A DNA stretch of 64,000 nucleotides. Source: a virus (lineage: Duplodnaviria; Caudoviricetes). Numbering within the stretch: the first letter of the stretch is position 1; each line of letters begins with the position of its first letter. The DNA is taken from positions 64,001 to 128,000 of IMG/VR virus record IMGVR_UViG_3300029288_000075; one strand, 5' to 3'. The position numbers and the translations under genes are program-made. A model generated the notes under the pieces. That model searched no databases. It saw only the letters and a program-made list of their open reading frames with translations, and was not told the DNA's origin. Below are positions 9,212-19,482 of this stretch, piece by piece.

Positions 9212-10639
9212 ATGAGGAAAGTCGCAGACGCAACATCCGTACCCTTCGCTGATTCAGCGATGGACACTGCTGCGTCAGCTCCACTCCCAGGGTTGGCGGT
9301 AGGGAACAAGCCGGCGCCCGGTCAGGTCGGTCCCAAGGGCATCTCTCCGCGCACCAACTACTCTCGCGTGAACACCGGATCTCCACAACCAGTGGATGCC
9401 GGGGTGACTTCCCAAAAGGGGGCTGCCCCGGATTCACAGAACTTTCTCCCTCCGAAGATTGCTAGTGAGGTTTACATGTCGTCTACTGCGCGTAAGACCA
9501 TTCAAGAGATGATCAAGGCCGCCGCTGAAGGTACCTTGAATCAGACTTCGGTAGCGGTGGAGGCGGAGCGTCAGCAAGGAGCACCGGTGGCGAAAGTTGC
9601 CTCGGCGGAACTCCCCATGGACGTGCCGTCTGTTCCCACTGACTACGTCCACAAGCTTGCGAACGCCTGCGATTTCATGCTGGGTGACTGGCGTGAAAAG
9701 GCAGCGGCGGAGCTCGGCCCTGGTACGGGCCCCAACGCGCTTGCGGTATCGCAGGCAACTTCCTCGAACAATGAGTTCACCTCTGGGAATCAGGGGCAGG
9801 CAACTCCGGCACACGTGCCGCCAAAGAACCCAGGCACGCAGAAGCCCTCTGAGACTCCTGCCGGCGCCTCAAACGCCCTGGAGGACAACGCGGCAATGAA
9901 GCACAAGGAGCAGCCCGTGAAGTTGGGCGGCGCTCTGCGTCCTGCCTCGTTGGCACTGACAGGAACCAAGTCGGCAGGAGTGCGCGATGCTGCTATCACT
10001 GCGCTTGGTACCGCCAAGGGGCTAGGTAAGGACTTGGCCGCGGCTCATCCGCAGGCCACAAAGGCGCTCAAAGGCGTCGGTACCGCTGCCGGTGGTGCTG
10101 CTGGCGGTGCAGCAGCAATCCATCTCCTTGGCAAAGGCAAGAAGAAGGAAGCTTCTGCTGTCCATGCGTGGCTGCTAGACTGGGATGCACGCATGTCCAA
10201 GAAGGCAGAGGACGCCATCAACCCCGCGCAGATTTCGGCAGGAGCCGCGGTTCCTCCGGAAACCAGCGCTGCGGGTGAAGCTGGTGGAGCTCCTGCCGGT
10301 GGACAGCCTCAGGGCCCCACGAGTTTGGTGGGTTCGAACGAATCGGCCATCAACTACACCAAGGGTACGGCGAAGGCACCGGTGAAGGGGCAGCTTGCCA
10401 GCTACCTTACTGAGCCAGCGCTCTCTGCCGCGCATGACAGCACGTTGGACAAGGCGTTCGATCATACCGGTCAGGCCGGTGTGAAGATCTCTTCTCTGCG
10501 GGCAGCGGCGGCACGGGCAGTTCTGAGTAAACTGTCTGCCGCGGCGTGTCCCACGGGCGAGACCAAGAAGAAGACGTCCGCGGGCATGAGCAACTTCACC
10601 GCCCCCCCAGTCTCCGGCGCCGCCGCCGGTCCTATGTAA
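9212..10639 (+). CDS. Low-complexity scaffold/internal head protein, about 10 K-x-A/S motifs; probable internal start at 9476
   Basis: A/G/P-rich; RKVAD, PKIAS, AKVAS, HKLAN, EKAAA, TKSAG, KKEAS, SKKAE, KKTSA; GAGG-N5-ATG at 9476 in frame. Confidence 0.65.
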   Translation: MRKVADATSVPFADSAMDTAASAPLPGLAVGNKPAPGQVGPKGISPRTNYSRVNTGSPQPVDAGVTSQKGAAPDSQNFLPPKIASEVYMSSTARKTIQEMIKAAAEGTLNQTSVAVEAERQQGAPVAKVASAELPMDVPSVPTDYVHKLANACDFMLGDWREKAAAELGPGTGPNALAVSQATSSNNEFTSGNQGQATPAHVPPKNPGTQKPSETPAGASNALEDNAAMKHKEQPVKLGGALRPASLALTGTKSAGVRDAAITALGTAKGLGKDLAAAHPQATKALKGVGTAAGGAAGGAAAIHLLGKGKKKEASAVHAWLLDWDARMSKKAEDAINPAQISAGAAVPPETSAAGEAGGAPAGGQPQGPTSLVGSNESAINYTKGTAKAPVKGQLASYLTEPALSAAHDSTLDKAFDHTGQAGVKISSLRAAAARAVLSKLSAAACPTGETKKKTSAGMSNFTAPPVSGAAAGPM

Positions 10640-10656
10640 TCGGAGGAACCTGTTCG

Positions 10657-11013
10657 ATGCAAAAGCTAAGTGCAGCGCAGCAATGCGAGATTCTAGAAGA
10701 GGTTCCCAGCGTTTTGCGTGCAGTGGCCGCAGAGCGTGACCTGTACAAGACCGCGTATCTGCAGATTGCAGAGCGGTCGCAGGTCGAAAAACTAGCCGGT
10801 GCCATGATCGAAAAAGGTCTACGCGCCGGCAGTGTCGAGGCTGTTGCCAACGAGTTGCAGAAGCAGGCGAAAGCCGGCGCTATCGACTTGGAGGTCACCT
10901 CGCAAGCTGTGGAGCTCGTAGGTCCGGACATGGGCAAGCTTGCTCATTTGTCCGACGAGCTCTCGAGTTCCGCAGGGTCCAGCGACCTGGAGCGGTATGT
11001 TGTCGGAGGATAG
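10657..11013 (+). CDS. Small scaffold-like helical protein
   Basis: GGAGG SD; VEKLAG, MGKLAH; two genes upstream of the capsid gene. Confidence 0.65.
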   Translation: MQKLSAAQQCEILEEVPSVLRAVAAERDLYKTAYLQIAERSQVEKLAGAMIEKGLRAGSVEAVANELQKQAKAGAIDLEVTSQAVELVGPDMGKLAHLSDELSSSAGSSDLERYVVGG

Positions 11014-11035
11014 CTGACAGGAGGACTGAAGAGAC

Positions 11036-11560
11036 ATGTCGACAGTACAGAAAATCAACTTCGAGCCCGTCAGCGACATTCTGCCCATTCTGAGGAAAGA
11101 TCTACCTCTGGCAGACCCGTCGCTGGCCAACGCCCTAAACGCCCTCGCTCTGGTGGACGGCGAATGGGTAACAATCGACACTGCCTACAAGTGGGTGCGG
11201 GCAGCTTCGGCGGCAGGCGCAGGAAATGCGGCCACCGTACGGAGTTTTCCTGTCTTCATGGAGGCGGGCCGCACGGACCGCCAGGCCATGTCGGAAAAGA
11301 AGACGACTGCCCTCTTCCGTGGGGAGTACGAATTCGACACTCGCATCTACGATGCTTCGCTAATCGTCGGGGGTGGCGCGATAATCTCCACGGTGATGCA
11401 GCCCCTCAAGGTTGCTTCCATCACAATCGGAACCCGCGTTTACGTGGGTCTGGTCGGTCACGGCGGGGCGGCAGACACCAACCCGGTCGTAGGCTACGTC
11501 ACTCGGCTTCCCGCCAGCAATGGTGGTAAGCTCAGGTTCATGTCGGGGTACCGCAGCTAA
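11036..11560 (+). CDS. Putative head decoration/cement protein
   Basis: AGGAGG SD; beta-rich 174 aa directly upstream of the major capsid gene. Confidence 0.55.
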   Translation: MSTVQKINFEPVSDILPILRKDLPLADPSLANALNALALVDGEWVTIDTAYKWVRAASAAGAGNAATVRSFPVFMEAGRTDRQAMSEKKTTALFRGEYEFDTRIYDASLIVGGGAIISTVMQPLKVASITIGTRVYVGLVGHGGAADTNPVVGYVTRLPASNGGKLRFMSGYRS

Positions 11561-11603
11561 CCGCTGGAACGTCCCCATCTACAGGTAAGAAGGAGATCCC
11601 ATC

Positions 11604-12722
11604 ATGTCCGTTCCGGCGAGTGTACTGAACGAGCTCTTTGCTTCGAAACTCAGCACGAGTGAAGGCAAGGAAAAGATCGCCGAGTATGGTGGTAGTTACA
11701 TTCGAGACCGCCTCCGCGAGGTGAGCTTTGCCCGCAAAGTCATCCCGCCGGAGCAGGTCACGCGTGCCGACTGCCAACGCTCGGTGAACCACGACACCTT
11801 GGTCAAGATTGTCGACGTGGAGCCCAAGAGCCGCGCCATGGCAATTTCGTTCCGAGGGCAACCGACAGCCCGCTTCATTCGAGGCGAAAAGGCCGAGGTC
11901 GCATTCTTCACCATCAGTTCCGAGATGTTCCAGAAGACGGAGCAGGAGCTGTTGGCCTACGAGATGCCCATCACCAAGATCATCGAAGAGAACTCGGTGA
12001 AGGACATCCAGGAAATCGAGGACCGCGAGTTCACGATCCACGTTGAAGCCGCCGTGCAAGCGTTGCAGACGGAAGCCAATGGTGGGACTCCCACTGCGCT
12101 GCACGTCGGCACCATCGGTACTACCGTGGAGTTCTCGGTGCGCAAGGGTGAGCTTGCTCGCAACGCCGCAGCGAACACGGCGGAGGTTCTCCCGGTCAGC
12201 CGCGTGGACATCGTCGCCCTGTTCAAGATGTTGGACGGGAATCGTCTGCGGTCCGAGCGGTTGCTCATGACCGAGATGGACTGGGACGACATCTTGTCTT
12301 GGACGGTGGAAGACTTCGGTGACCGTATTCAGTCCGAAACGACTGTCGACGGCTACAAGTACAACACCATTCTTGGTCGTGCGTACATTCGCACCATCAA
12401 GACGGACATCCTGCGCCCCGGCAACATCTACACCTTCGCCAAGCCGGAGTTCTTCGGGAAGTTCTACGTCCTGAACAACACCAAGTTCTACATCGACAAG
12501 ATCGCCAACACGATCACCTTCCAGGCGTGGGAAGACATCGGTATGTCGGTCATCAACATCGCGGCGGTCCGCAAGCTCGAGCTCTACTCGGGCGATGCAA
12601 ACCCCACGACGAACGCAGACGGCCTCCTCGACAACTTCATCCCGAGGTCCGAGGACGCGCTGGGTGCGGTCAACAACCGTGTGGATGCGGGCCTCAAGTT
12701 CCCGCAGGTTTCGCAGTACTAG
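11604..12722 (+). CDS. Major capsid protein (HK97-like fold)
   Basis: 372 aa; AAGGAG SD; strongly biased codons; IRDRLREVSFARKVIPP...IQEIEDREF pattern; followed by a terminator. Confidence 0.8.
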   Translation: MSVPASVLNELFASKLSTSEGKEKIAEYGGSYIRDRLREVSFARKVIPPEQVTRADCQRSVNHDTLVKIVDVEPKSRAMAISFRGQPTARFIRGEKAEVAFFTISSEMFQKTEQELLAYEMPITKIIEENSVKDIQEIEDREFTIHVEAAVQALQTEANGGTPTALHVGTIGTTVEFSVRKGELARNAAANTAEVLPVSRVDIVALFKMLDGNRLRSERLLMTEMDWDDILSWTVEDFGDRIQSETTVDGYKYNTILGRAYIRTIKTDILRPGNIYTFAKPEFFGKFYVLNNTKFYIDKIANTITFQAWEDIGMSVINIAAVRKLELYSGDANPTTNADGLLDNFIPRSEDALGAVNNRVDAGLKFPQVSQY

Positions 12723-12746
12723 CCCGAGGCTGGGAGTCGTACAAGG

Positions 12747-12783
12747 AGGGCGTCGGTGCCGATGGGCCCGGCGCCCTTTCTTG
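12747..12783 (+). terminator. Intrinsic terminator after the capsid gene
   Basis: AGGGCGTCGG...CCGGCGCCCT followed by TTCTT. Confidence 0.7.
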
Positions 12784-12821
12784 GTATCGGGTTCCCGGCT
12801 ATGATGCGCTTGGAGGTTTCA

Positions 12822-13586
12822 ATGTCCGAGAAAATACAGCCACCGTGCTTGGAAGAGTTCGTAGCTGCCGGCTACCCTGCGGAGAACTACGAGAAGCACT
12901 TCGCAGCATTGCGAGAGCTCGGTGAAGAGTGGGGAGATACCTGGAGCAATCCGAACTGGAAGCCTGCGCCTCCAGGGTTAGCCGAGGTGCCTGAGCGATT
13001 GATGGTGCACAGCGCTGTGCGCAATCCGCAGACACGCATCGCTCGCAAGTTGAGGCCTGGGCGCAAGGCGTTCAAGCAGCACATCTTCATGGATTCCACG
13101 AAGCGCTTGGTGCGTGGGCGTCCTGTGGCTATTACGTCCGCAGAGCTGGCTGCACGCTTCGATGTCTTCTGTGAAGCCGAGCGGGTAGGGACCATCGAGG
13201 TCCGAACTCTGGATGGACGGCGTCTCGACTTGCAGTCTTTGCGCTCTGGGTCGGTGTGCCTTGCTGCCCCCGCGGCCTCAATCACCATACCCAACACGCG
13301 GTTGGATTCGGCTGCCAATGACGAGCCAGCAGGTATCCCGCTGTCGCAGTACAGCGAGGGAACCTTCGTCGGGGATCCGGCGGCAGAGCGTGTGGTCGAA
13401 CGCATGACGAATGAGAAGGTGGATGAAGGCATTCGGCAAGGCGCCTTGGACGGTCCAGAGGATCAGGATGGACCTGCGGTAGATGAGGATTTCGACGATT
13501 CAGGCACGTCTGCGACTGAAGTCGCGCTACCTGATCCCGCCGCGGCCCGGTCTTCTCAGTCTGGCAAGACCAAGAAGCGGAGGTAA
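12822..13586 (+). CDS. Hypothetical virion-region protein
   Basis: TATGAT -10 and GGAGG SD; LEEFVAAGYPAENY N-terminal motif. Confidence 0.65.
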   Translation: MSEKIQPPCLEEFVAAGYPAENYEKHFAALRELGEEWGDTWSNPNWKPAPPGLAEVPERLMVHSAVRNPQTRIARKLRPGRKAFKQHIFMDSTKRLVRGRPVAITSAELAARFDVFCEAERVGTIEVRTLDGRRLDLQSLRSGSVCLAAPAASITIPNTRLDSAANDEPAGIPLSQYSEGTFVGDPAAERVVERMTNEKVDEGIRQGALDGPEDQDGPAVDEDFDDSGTSATEVALPDPAAARSSQSGKTKKRR

Positions 13587-13588
13587 TC

Positions 13589-14044
13589 GTGCGCGTTTTC
13601 AACCTGACTGACATAGCTACCCCGGTGCTCGAGCAGCACAAGCTGGTGGACCAGCATATTGCGGTTGCTCGACGTATGGTCAATCCGGGGGAGTATGCGG
13701 ACATTGGGGACGCGCCAAATGCACTGCATGACCTGCAGTTCTTGTTGCAAGTGGGAGCGGTCTCGATTGACCGCGTCCCACCCGCCTACGCGGTGGCAAG
13801 GCAGACACGGCAAGAGGCCATCCAGACCCGACTCTCTGGCATCCCCGTGCGCCACGTGGACATGAAAGAGACGGCCATTCAGGGCGTGACCGCGCAAGGG
13901 CAGCAGGTTGTACCGGTCACTGAGCCGTTACCGCGGTTCGACCCCACGAAGGCAGTGGACGAGCCGTGTCTTCTTGTCCCGTCTTCTACGGAGCCTTCTG
14001 TCCCGGAGAAGTCCAAGTCTGGGAAAAAGAAGGGCCGTAGATGA
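13589..14044 (+). CDS. Hypothetical protein
   Basis: GGAGG SD, GTG start, coupled to neighbours. Confidence 0.65.
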   Translation: MRVFNLTDIATPVLEQHKLVDQHIAVARRMVNPGEYADIGDAPNALHDLQFLLQVGAVSIDRVPPAYAVARQTRQEAIQTRLSGIPVRHVDMKETAIQGVTAQGQQVVPVTEPLPRFDPTKAVDEPCLLVPSSTEPSVPEKSKSGKKKGRR

Positions 14045-14559
14045 CCAACGTGAACCGCGACACGCTACAAGGGTTTCCAGGGATGACCGATGGGTTTCGG
14101 GCATTCGTGGAAAGCGTGCGCGGTTACACGAGGGATTTCGCCGAGCTCAATCGGTTGGTGGCCGGCGAGGAGTCCACCAACCGGCAGATTGCCTGGGCGA
14201 CGTTGGATGCGCTCAGCCAATTCAATGGCACTCCGCATCTCACCAACTACACCTTGGATGAACTACTGCAGCGTAACCAGGCCATGTTGATGACGCGGCT
14301 TACGGTCATCTGTTTGATTGAGCAGGTGGGTTTGCTGCAGACGCGCAATCACATCAACTACTCCGTGGGCGGTATCAACGTGGGGGTCAACGACAAGACG
14401 CCGTTACTCCAGCAGTGGCTTCAGTACTTTCGGGCATTCACTGACCAGCAGCTGACGCGAGTCAAGGTAGCGCTCAACATCGAGGGCATTCTGGGTCCTT
14501 CAAACAGCGGAGTTTTCTCGGAGTATTGGGCGGTGAACTGTACCTACGCCCAGTTCTAG
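14041..14559 (+). CDS. Putative head-tail adaptor (neck 1)
   Basis: Helical 172 aa with a beta hairpin (INYSVGGINVGVNDK); position after the capsid gene. Confidence 0.55.
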   Translation: MTNVNRDTLQGFPGMTDGFRAFVESVRGYTRDFAELNRLVAGEESTNRQIAWATLDALSQFNGTPHLTNYTLDELLQRNQAMLMTRLTVICLIEQVGLLQTRNHINYSVGGINVGVNDKTPLLQQWLQYFRAFTDQQLTRVKVALNIEGILGPSNSGVFSEYWAVNCTYAQF

Positions 14560-14588
14560 TAGAAGATACCAGCATTGGAGTTAGTATC

Positions 14589-15059
14589 ATGATGAAGATC
14601 GAAAAGTACGGCACCCTGGAAGAAGCCAACTTGAAGATTCAGGGCGGCATCACGGGGGGCGTTTCTACCAGCCAGGCCTTCGTGGGACTTGTTGGTGAAA
14701 CTATCACGTTTGCTACCCCCGCCGGGTCTTGTACTTTTACGCAGCCTAGCGGTGTGGCGGGGGTACTTACGTTCAAGGACGTCAAGTCGCAGTTGGAGAC
14801 TGCTATTACGAACTTGCTGGTGAGCTCAGTGGACAACAAGCTCTGCTTCGAGCATGCGCTGGATGGTTCCTACGTGTCCCTAGCTGCAGCGACGCCGGTT
14901 GAACCGGCGCGTGCTGTACTTGGTCTTGGGCAAGGTGAGGCAATTACGGGTCGTTGCTTGAATGGCCCTAGCTCGACCGACCTTCCACGCTTTGTGGAGT
15001 TCGTGACAGAGGCGTTGTTCATTTACGTGGCTGTTGAACTACCGAATGCAGGTGCCTAA
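14589..15059 (+). CDS. Hypothetical structural protein
   Basis: GGAG SD; beta-rich. Confidence 0.6.
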   Translation: MMKIEKYGTLEEANLKIQGGITGGVSTSQAFVGLVGETITFATPAGSCTFTQPSGVAGVLTFKDVKSQLETAITNLLVSSVDNKLCFEHALDGSYVSLAAATPVEPARAVLGLGQGEAITGRCLNGPSSTDLPRFVEFVTEALFIYVAVELPNAGA

Positions 15060-16744
15060 TGGATGCCTTTCAAGTAGGGTTGAGTCGTGGGATCCCCGCA
15101 AAGACGGCAGCAGCCTACTTCGTGGGGTTGAAGAGCTGGCAGTCGCTTTCTCCGGAAAACGACGAGCTCATGGCAGCTTGCGTCAAAAAGGCGGCAGTAC
15201 TGACTGGTGCTTCAACGCAGCCCGGCACTTCGAAGACAGCCGCGCTACTCGAGAAATTCCGCAAGATCGCGGCAGAGGAGTCCACCCACCACGCTGGGGA
15301 GATGGCTACTCCAGCGCCTGCTGACGATGACCCCGCACAGCAGTATGCAGCAAACGAGCAGCAGGCTATGCAGGCGGAAGAGCAGAATGCGGCCGCCTAC
15401 TACCAGCAGGCTCTTCAAGGGCTGCGTGCGCAGCTGGCTGACATGCAGGAGCATTCGCAGTCCCTCGAGCAGCAGAATGCACAATTGACGGAGCAGCAAG
15501 CCGCGCACGACACTGAAGTGCAGAATGCCCAGCAGGAGGTGCAGCTGGCGCAGCAAGCGGCGCTCGAGCAAACCCAAAGTGCCGCGGCACAAGCGACTCA
15601 GTCCATGCAGCAAGCTGTGGATGCTGAGAACCGCGCCCTGCAGGCCAAGTCTCAGGAAGCGGCAGCCAAGATTCAGCAGCAGCAGGTGCGCAGTCAGCTC
15701 TTCGACCTGGCGTCCCAGGGGTTGCCCGGGTCAGAGCCCCAGATTGGAGAGGGTGCCGCGGCAGAGGGGCTACAGCCCACTCAACCAGCGGCGCAGCCGG
15801 GGGCAGAGCCGGGAGCAATGCCCGGTGAACAAGGTGCCCCTCCGGGGGCAGAGCCGGGGGCACCAGCTGCGGCCGGCGGAGAGACCCCCAGCGCTGGCAT
15901 GAATGAAGCTGGTCAACCCGCGAATGCCGAAGGAATGCCGGGTCAGGAGGCTTCAGCCGAGACGGCTGGCGCCGCGGCGCCGCCCGGATCTGTGCAACCT
16001 TCGGGTGATTCATCTGGTGGCGCCGGCGCGGGGTCGGGGACTGGTCCACAGGCGGCATCCGAGGGTGACCCTCAGAATCCCACGGCCAAACGAACAGGCC
16101 AGGTGTCCATCAAGGTAGGTGGTGCCAGTCCGGTGTCGTACGGCGACGTAGTCGCGTTCTTGGGGGGACGCCACGGCCGCCCTTTACCCGTGCAGGGTAA
16201 GGTTGCCGGTGTAGGCTCTGCCGCCAAGGAGTGGGCACTCAAGAAGGTATTGGAGTCGCCTGTAGTGAAGGAGCACGAGCAACGGCTGGTGCGTAATGCG
16301 TCACTCGCAGCAGGTGGTTCAGCGCTTGCTGGAGGGTACGCCGGGCATCGTATGGCTGCCCACAAGGATCAGAACAAGACGGCAGGTGTCCTTCAGAATC
16401 CATCGGTTGTTGGTGGACTCGCCGGTGGTGCCCTTGGATTAGGCTTGGGTGCGATGGAAGCAACGGGGCATGGCCCGGATTTGGAGAAGTTGCGCACCAA
16501 GGTCGAGGGGCAGGAAGCACAGCTGAAGCAACCTGGTCTGCGCAACTTTGGGCAGGCCTTCAACGTCGTGTACAACCGGATGCTCCTGACGCACGGAGAA
16601 GCAGTGAAGAGCCATCCCGTGTTGGGTACGTTGGCCAGCGGTGCTGCTGGTGCGGCAATGGGGGCTGAGGCAGGGCACGAATTTCCTACACTACTTCGCG
16701 AAGCGAAGGGGTGGCATGCAATGGGACGACCGCCGGTAGGCTAG
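15059..16744 (+). CDS. K-x-A polyprotein: Gln-rich coiled coil, P/G linker, two Gly-zipper modules
   Basis: AKTAA, VKKAA, SKTAA, RKIAA, GKVAG, NKTAG; GGLAGGALGLGLG. Confidence 0.7.
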   Translation: MDAFQVGLSRGIPAKTAAAYFVGLKSWQSLSPENDELMAACVKKAAVLTGASTQPGTSKTAALLEKFRKIAAEESTHHAGEMATPAPADDDPAQQYAANEQQAMQAEEQNAAAYYQQALQGLRAQLADMQEHSQSLEQQNAQLTEQQAAHDTEVQNAQQEVQLAQQAALEQTQSAAAQATQSMQQAVDAENRALQAKSQEAAAKIQQQQVRSQLFDLASQGLPGSEPQIGEGAAAEGLQPTQPAAQPGAEPGAMPGEQGAPPGAEPGAPAAAGGETPSAGMNEAGQPANAEGMPGQEASAETAGAAAPPGSVQPSGDSSGGAGAGSGTGPQAASEGDPQNPTAKRTGQVSIKVGGASPVSYGDVVAFLGGRHGRPLPVQGKVAGVGSAAKEWALKKVLESPVVKEHEQRLVRNASLAAGGSALAGGYAGHRMAAHKDQNKTAGVLQNPSVVGGLAGGALGLGLGAMEATGHGPDLEKLRTKVEGQEAQLKQPGLRNFGQAFNVVYNRMLLTHGEAVKSHPVLGTLASGAAGAAMGAEAGHEFPTLLREAKGWHAMGRPPVG

Positions 16745-16753
16745 GAGAGTGTC

Positions 16754-18580
16754 ATGTTGAACGAATACTTGCTGCGTGCATACAGGCAGACTCAAACCAA
16801 GGAGGCGAGTCGTCAGCTACAGGAGAAGCTCGCTAGGTTTCCCTTGCAAGACTTGATTGCCTTGGCGAGTGGAGATCCGACTGCGAAGTTGGCGTATTGC
16901 GATGGTCCTTGCGAGGCGAATGAGCCCAAAACTTGGTTGGACAAGTTCAAGGGATCCCCGCTGTTCGAGAAGGCAGTGTCCTTGGAGAAGACGTTGCTTG
17001 AAGCGGATGCGGCGTCTGATGCCAAGAGGTCAGAGGAGCGTGAAACCGACCGCGAGCTCGATGCGCGCCGTGACGAGCTCCGTATGCAGAAGCGGCTGCT
17101 TGACTTGGACCTTGCCCTCGAGCAGGAAGGGGCGGCGGCTCCTGCGGAAGCTGCAACGGCAGCGCCCACGGCACAGGCTGAACCGGCCCCAATAGGCGGT
17201 GGTACAGCCGTTGAGGTGAAGCAGGCTTCTTCCTCGCACAACTCCGCGCACGTGATGGAGTTCTATCGCAAGCGGGCGGAATTCTTGAAGATTGCCGGAG
17301 CCGTAGGCGCGTTCATTCCCGAGACGCGAAGTACGGGTAGGGTACCAGCGACGGATAGAGCGCAGGGCGCCGGCGCGGGCGAGTACACCGTCGACCCGTC
17401 GGAGGTAGTTACTGGCGGGTTGCAGGTGGACAAAGTGGCAGCTCTTCAGTCAGCAGACAAACCTAAGGTGGATCCGCAGGAGCTGCGGAAGAAGATCCTT
17501 CAGGAGTACCCGCACCTCGATAAGCGGGCTGATTTTGGTGGTTTTGACACGCCAGAAGAGCACCAGCAGGCGGTGGATGCGCTAAAGGCGCAGGCGGCGC
17601 AACAAGAGGCGCATCCAGTGTCTTCTCGTATTCGTTCGGGTCTTGGTACAGCGGCTGTAGGGGCACTAGGTGGATCTATGCTTGGTGGCGCAGCTTATCC
17701 TGGTGTACGGGGAACCTTGGTTGGTGCAGGTCTTGGTGCACTCGGTGCAGGTGCATACGGTGCAACTCGAGTACCAGGGGCAGAAGCTAGGCGTGAGGCG
17801 ACTGCACTGGAAGATGAAGTGCGTCCGGAGGCACTCAGGAACGAGGCTGCCGAAAACGAGAGGATTGCAGACGACGTTGATGCCAACCCCGGCAAGTACC
17901 GTTTGCGGCGAGGTATCGCAGGGGGCATTGCAGGGGGTCTAGCGGGCGCGGGTCTTGGCAGCTTGGTGCCTAGGAGCGTGGGAGCTCCGTTACTAGGTGC
18001 TGGTGTTGGTGCTCTCACCGGTGGGGGCCTTGCAGCCTTGCGTAAGCCTGACGGTGCAGCATTTCGTGAGGATGCTGCTACGATGCGAGCCCATTTGGCA
18101 AAGAAGCAGGCCAATGTGCTGGATGCCGAGGCGCGGGCGCACATCAAAAAGAAGAACTTCGCCATACCCGAAGAGAAGAAGTACCCAATCGAAAACAAGC
18201 CCCATGCTGAGAATGCGCTATCGCGGGTCGACACCTTTGGTACCTCTTCGGAAAAGTCTCGCGTGCATTCGGCAGTTGCCCGGCACTACCCCGGGTTGGC
18301 TGCGCGCTCGAGCGTTCCGGACGTGGCCTCCAAGGGCAAGGCACAGCTGCGAAAGAAGGCAATGAATCTGGGAGGGATCCTCCAGGGTGCCAAGAGCATT
18401 GGGTCCAGTGCACGGAATCTGGCTGTTACGTCCCATGCGGCGGGCGGGTTACCCCAGGTGGCCAAGTCATTTGGCAACGTAGCAAAGGGCTTCGTCATGA
18501 AAAATCCACTGGCAGCCGCCGGCGCAGCGGGTCTTGGCGGTGCAGCGTTGGGCAGGGCCACTGCCCCAAGTAGACCCTAA
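16754..18580 (+). CDS. K-x-A polyprotein with duplicated Gly-zipper module and a DUF6582-like domain
   Basis: TKEAS, AKLAY, VKQAS, LKIAG, DKVAA, DKRAD, KKQAN, RKKAM; NFAIPEEKKYPIENKPHAENALSR. Confidence 0.7.
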   Translation: MLNEYLLRAYRQTQTKEASRQLQEKLARFPLQDLIALASGDPTAKLAYCDGPCEANEPKTWLDKFKGSPLFEKAVSLEKTLLEADAASDAKRSEERETDRELDARRDELRMQKRLLDLDLALEQEGAAAPAEAATAAPTAQAEPAPIGGGTAVEVKQASSSHNSAHVMEFYRKRAEFLKIAGAVGAFIPETRSTGRVPATDRAQGAGAGEYTVDPSEVVTGGLQVDKVAALQSADKPKVDPQELRKKILQEYPHLDKRADFGGFDTPEEHQQAVDALKAQAAQQEAHPVSSRIRSGLGTAAVGALGGSMLGGAAYPGVRGTLVGAGLGALGAGAYGATRVPGAEARREATALEDEVRPEALRNEAAENERIADDVDANPGKYRLRRGIAGGIAGGLAGAGLGSLVPRSVGAPLLGAGVGALTGGGLAALRKPDGAAFREDAATMRAHLAKKQANVLDAEARAHIKKKNFAIPEEKKYPIENKPHAENALSRVDTFGTSSEKSRVHSAVARHYPGLAARSSVPDVASKGKAQLRKKAMNLGGILQGAKSIGSSARNLAVTSHAAGGLPQVAKSFGNVAKGFVMKNPLAAAGAAGLGGAALGRATAPSRP

Positions 18581-19482
18581 TGCCTGTCTCCATCGAGCTC
18601 TACAGGCTGCGTGTCACCTCACTGGATGTGGATTTCCATGAGGTGACATGGGCTGTTGAGGCCACCTCGGTGGACGTGCTGGACTACACCTTTCAGGTGC
18701 TCCGGTCTGAGGCTGAAGAGGGTCCGTACGAAGAGCTCACCCCCCAGATCGAGGACACGTACCACTTCGTCGACAACGTTGCCCAGGTGATGCACCGTTG
18801 GCGCACCTACCATTACAAGATTCGGGTGATGGAGAAGGTGTCTGGCGACTACAAGGACTTTGGTCCTGTGGCGCAAGAGCCTGAAGCTGACTTGGTAGCG
18901 CTCGAGCTACGTCGTCATCTGCGCGTGCTGTTTCGTGAATTCGCCGGTCGACGTTGTATTGTCCTTCCTGTGCGAACATTCGGGCAACGCTGCCCTGATT
19001 GCTGGAGCGAGCGGTTGAAGAAGACCACCAAGAGCGGTTGTCTCACCTGCTTTTGTACTGGGTTCGTCCGTGGGTACCTGCATCCCATTGAGACATGGAT
19101 GCAGGTGGATCCAAGTTCGAAATCGCAGCAACATCTCAATACGGGGGAGACCCAGCAGGACAACACCACAATGCGTATGGGGAACTACCCCAGCATCAAG
19201 CCGTTGGATCTTGTGGTGGAGCCAGAGAACATTCGCTGGCGAGTAGTAGGGCAGACCCAGACAGAGCATGCGCGTGCAGCCGTACATCAGGAAGTTCAAC
19301 TTCATCGAATCCCCGAGAAGGATATCGAGTACTCGATTCCGGTGCGCTATGCGGATGCGCTACCGAACTTGTGGGTTACTCCGTTGAGGAACTACACCAA
19401 TCCGCAAAACTTGCAGAGTGCAGAAATGCTCGAGACGCCGAGCGTTTACGCCTTGTATCCTTTCCTGAGGAGGCCGCCGTGA
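18580..19482 (+). CDS. Putative head-closure/neck protein (FN3-like N-terminus, Cys cluster)
   Basis: RCPDCW...CLTCFCTGFVRGY; DLVVEPENIRWRV; position in the neck module. Confidence 0.55.
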   Translation: MPVSIELYRLRVTSLDVDFHEVTWAVEATSVDVLDYTFQVLRSEAEEGPYEELTPQIEDTYHFVDNVAQVMHRWRTYHYKIRVMEKVSGDYKDFGPVAQEPEADLVALELRRHLRVLFREFAGRRCIVLPVRTFGQRCPDCWSERLKKTTKSGCLTCFCTGFVRGYLHPIETWMQVDPSSKSQQHLNTGETQQDNTTMRMGNYPSIKPLDLVVEPENIRWRVVGQTQTEHARAAVHQEVQLHRIPEKDIEYSIPVRYADALPNLWVTPLRNYTNPQNLQSAEMLETPSVYALYPFLRRPP

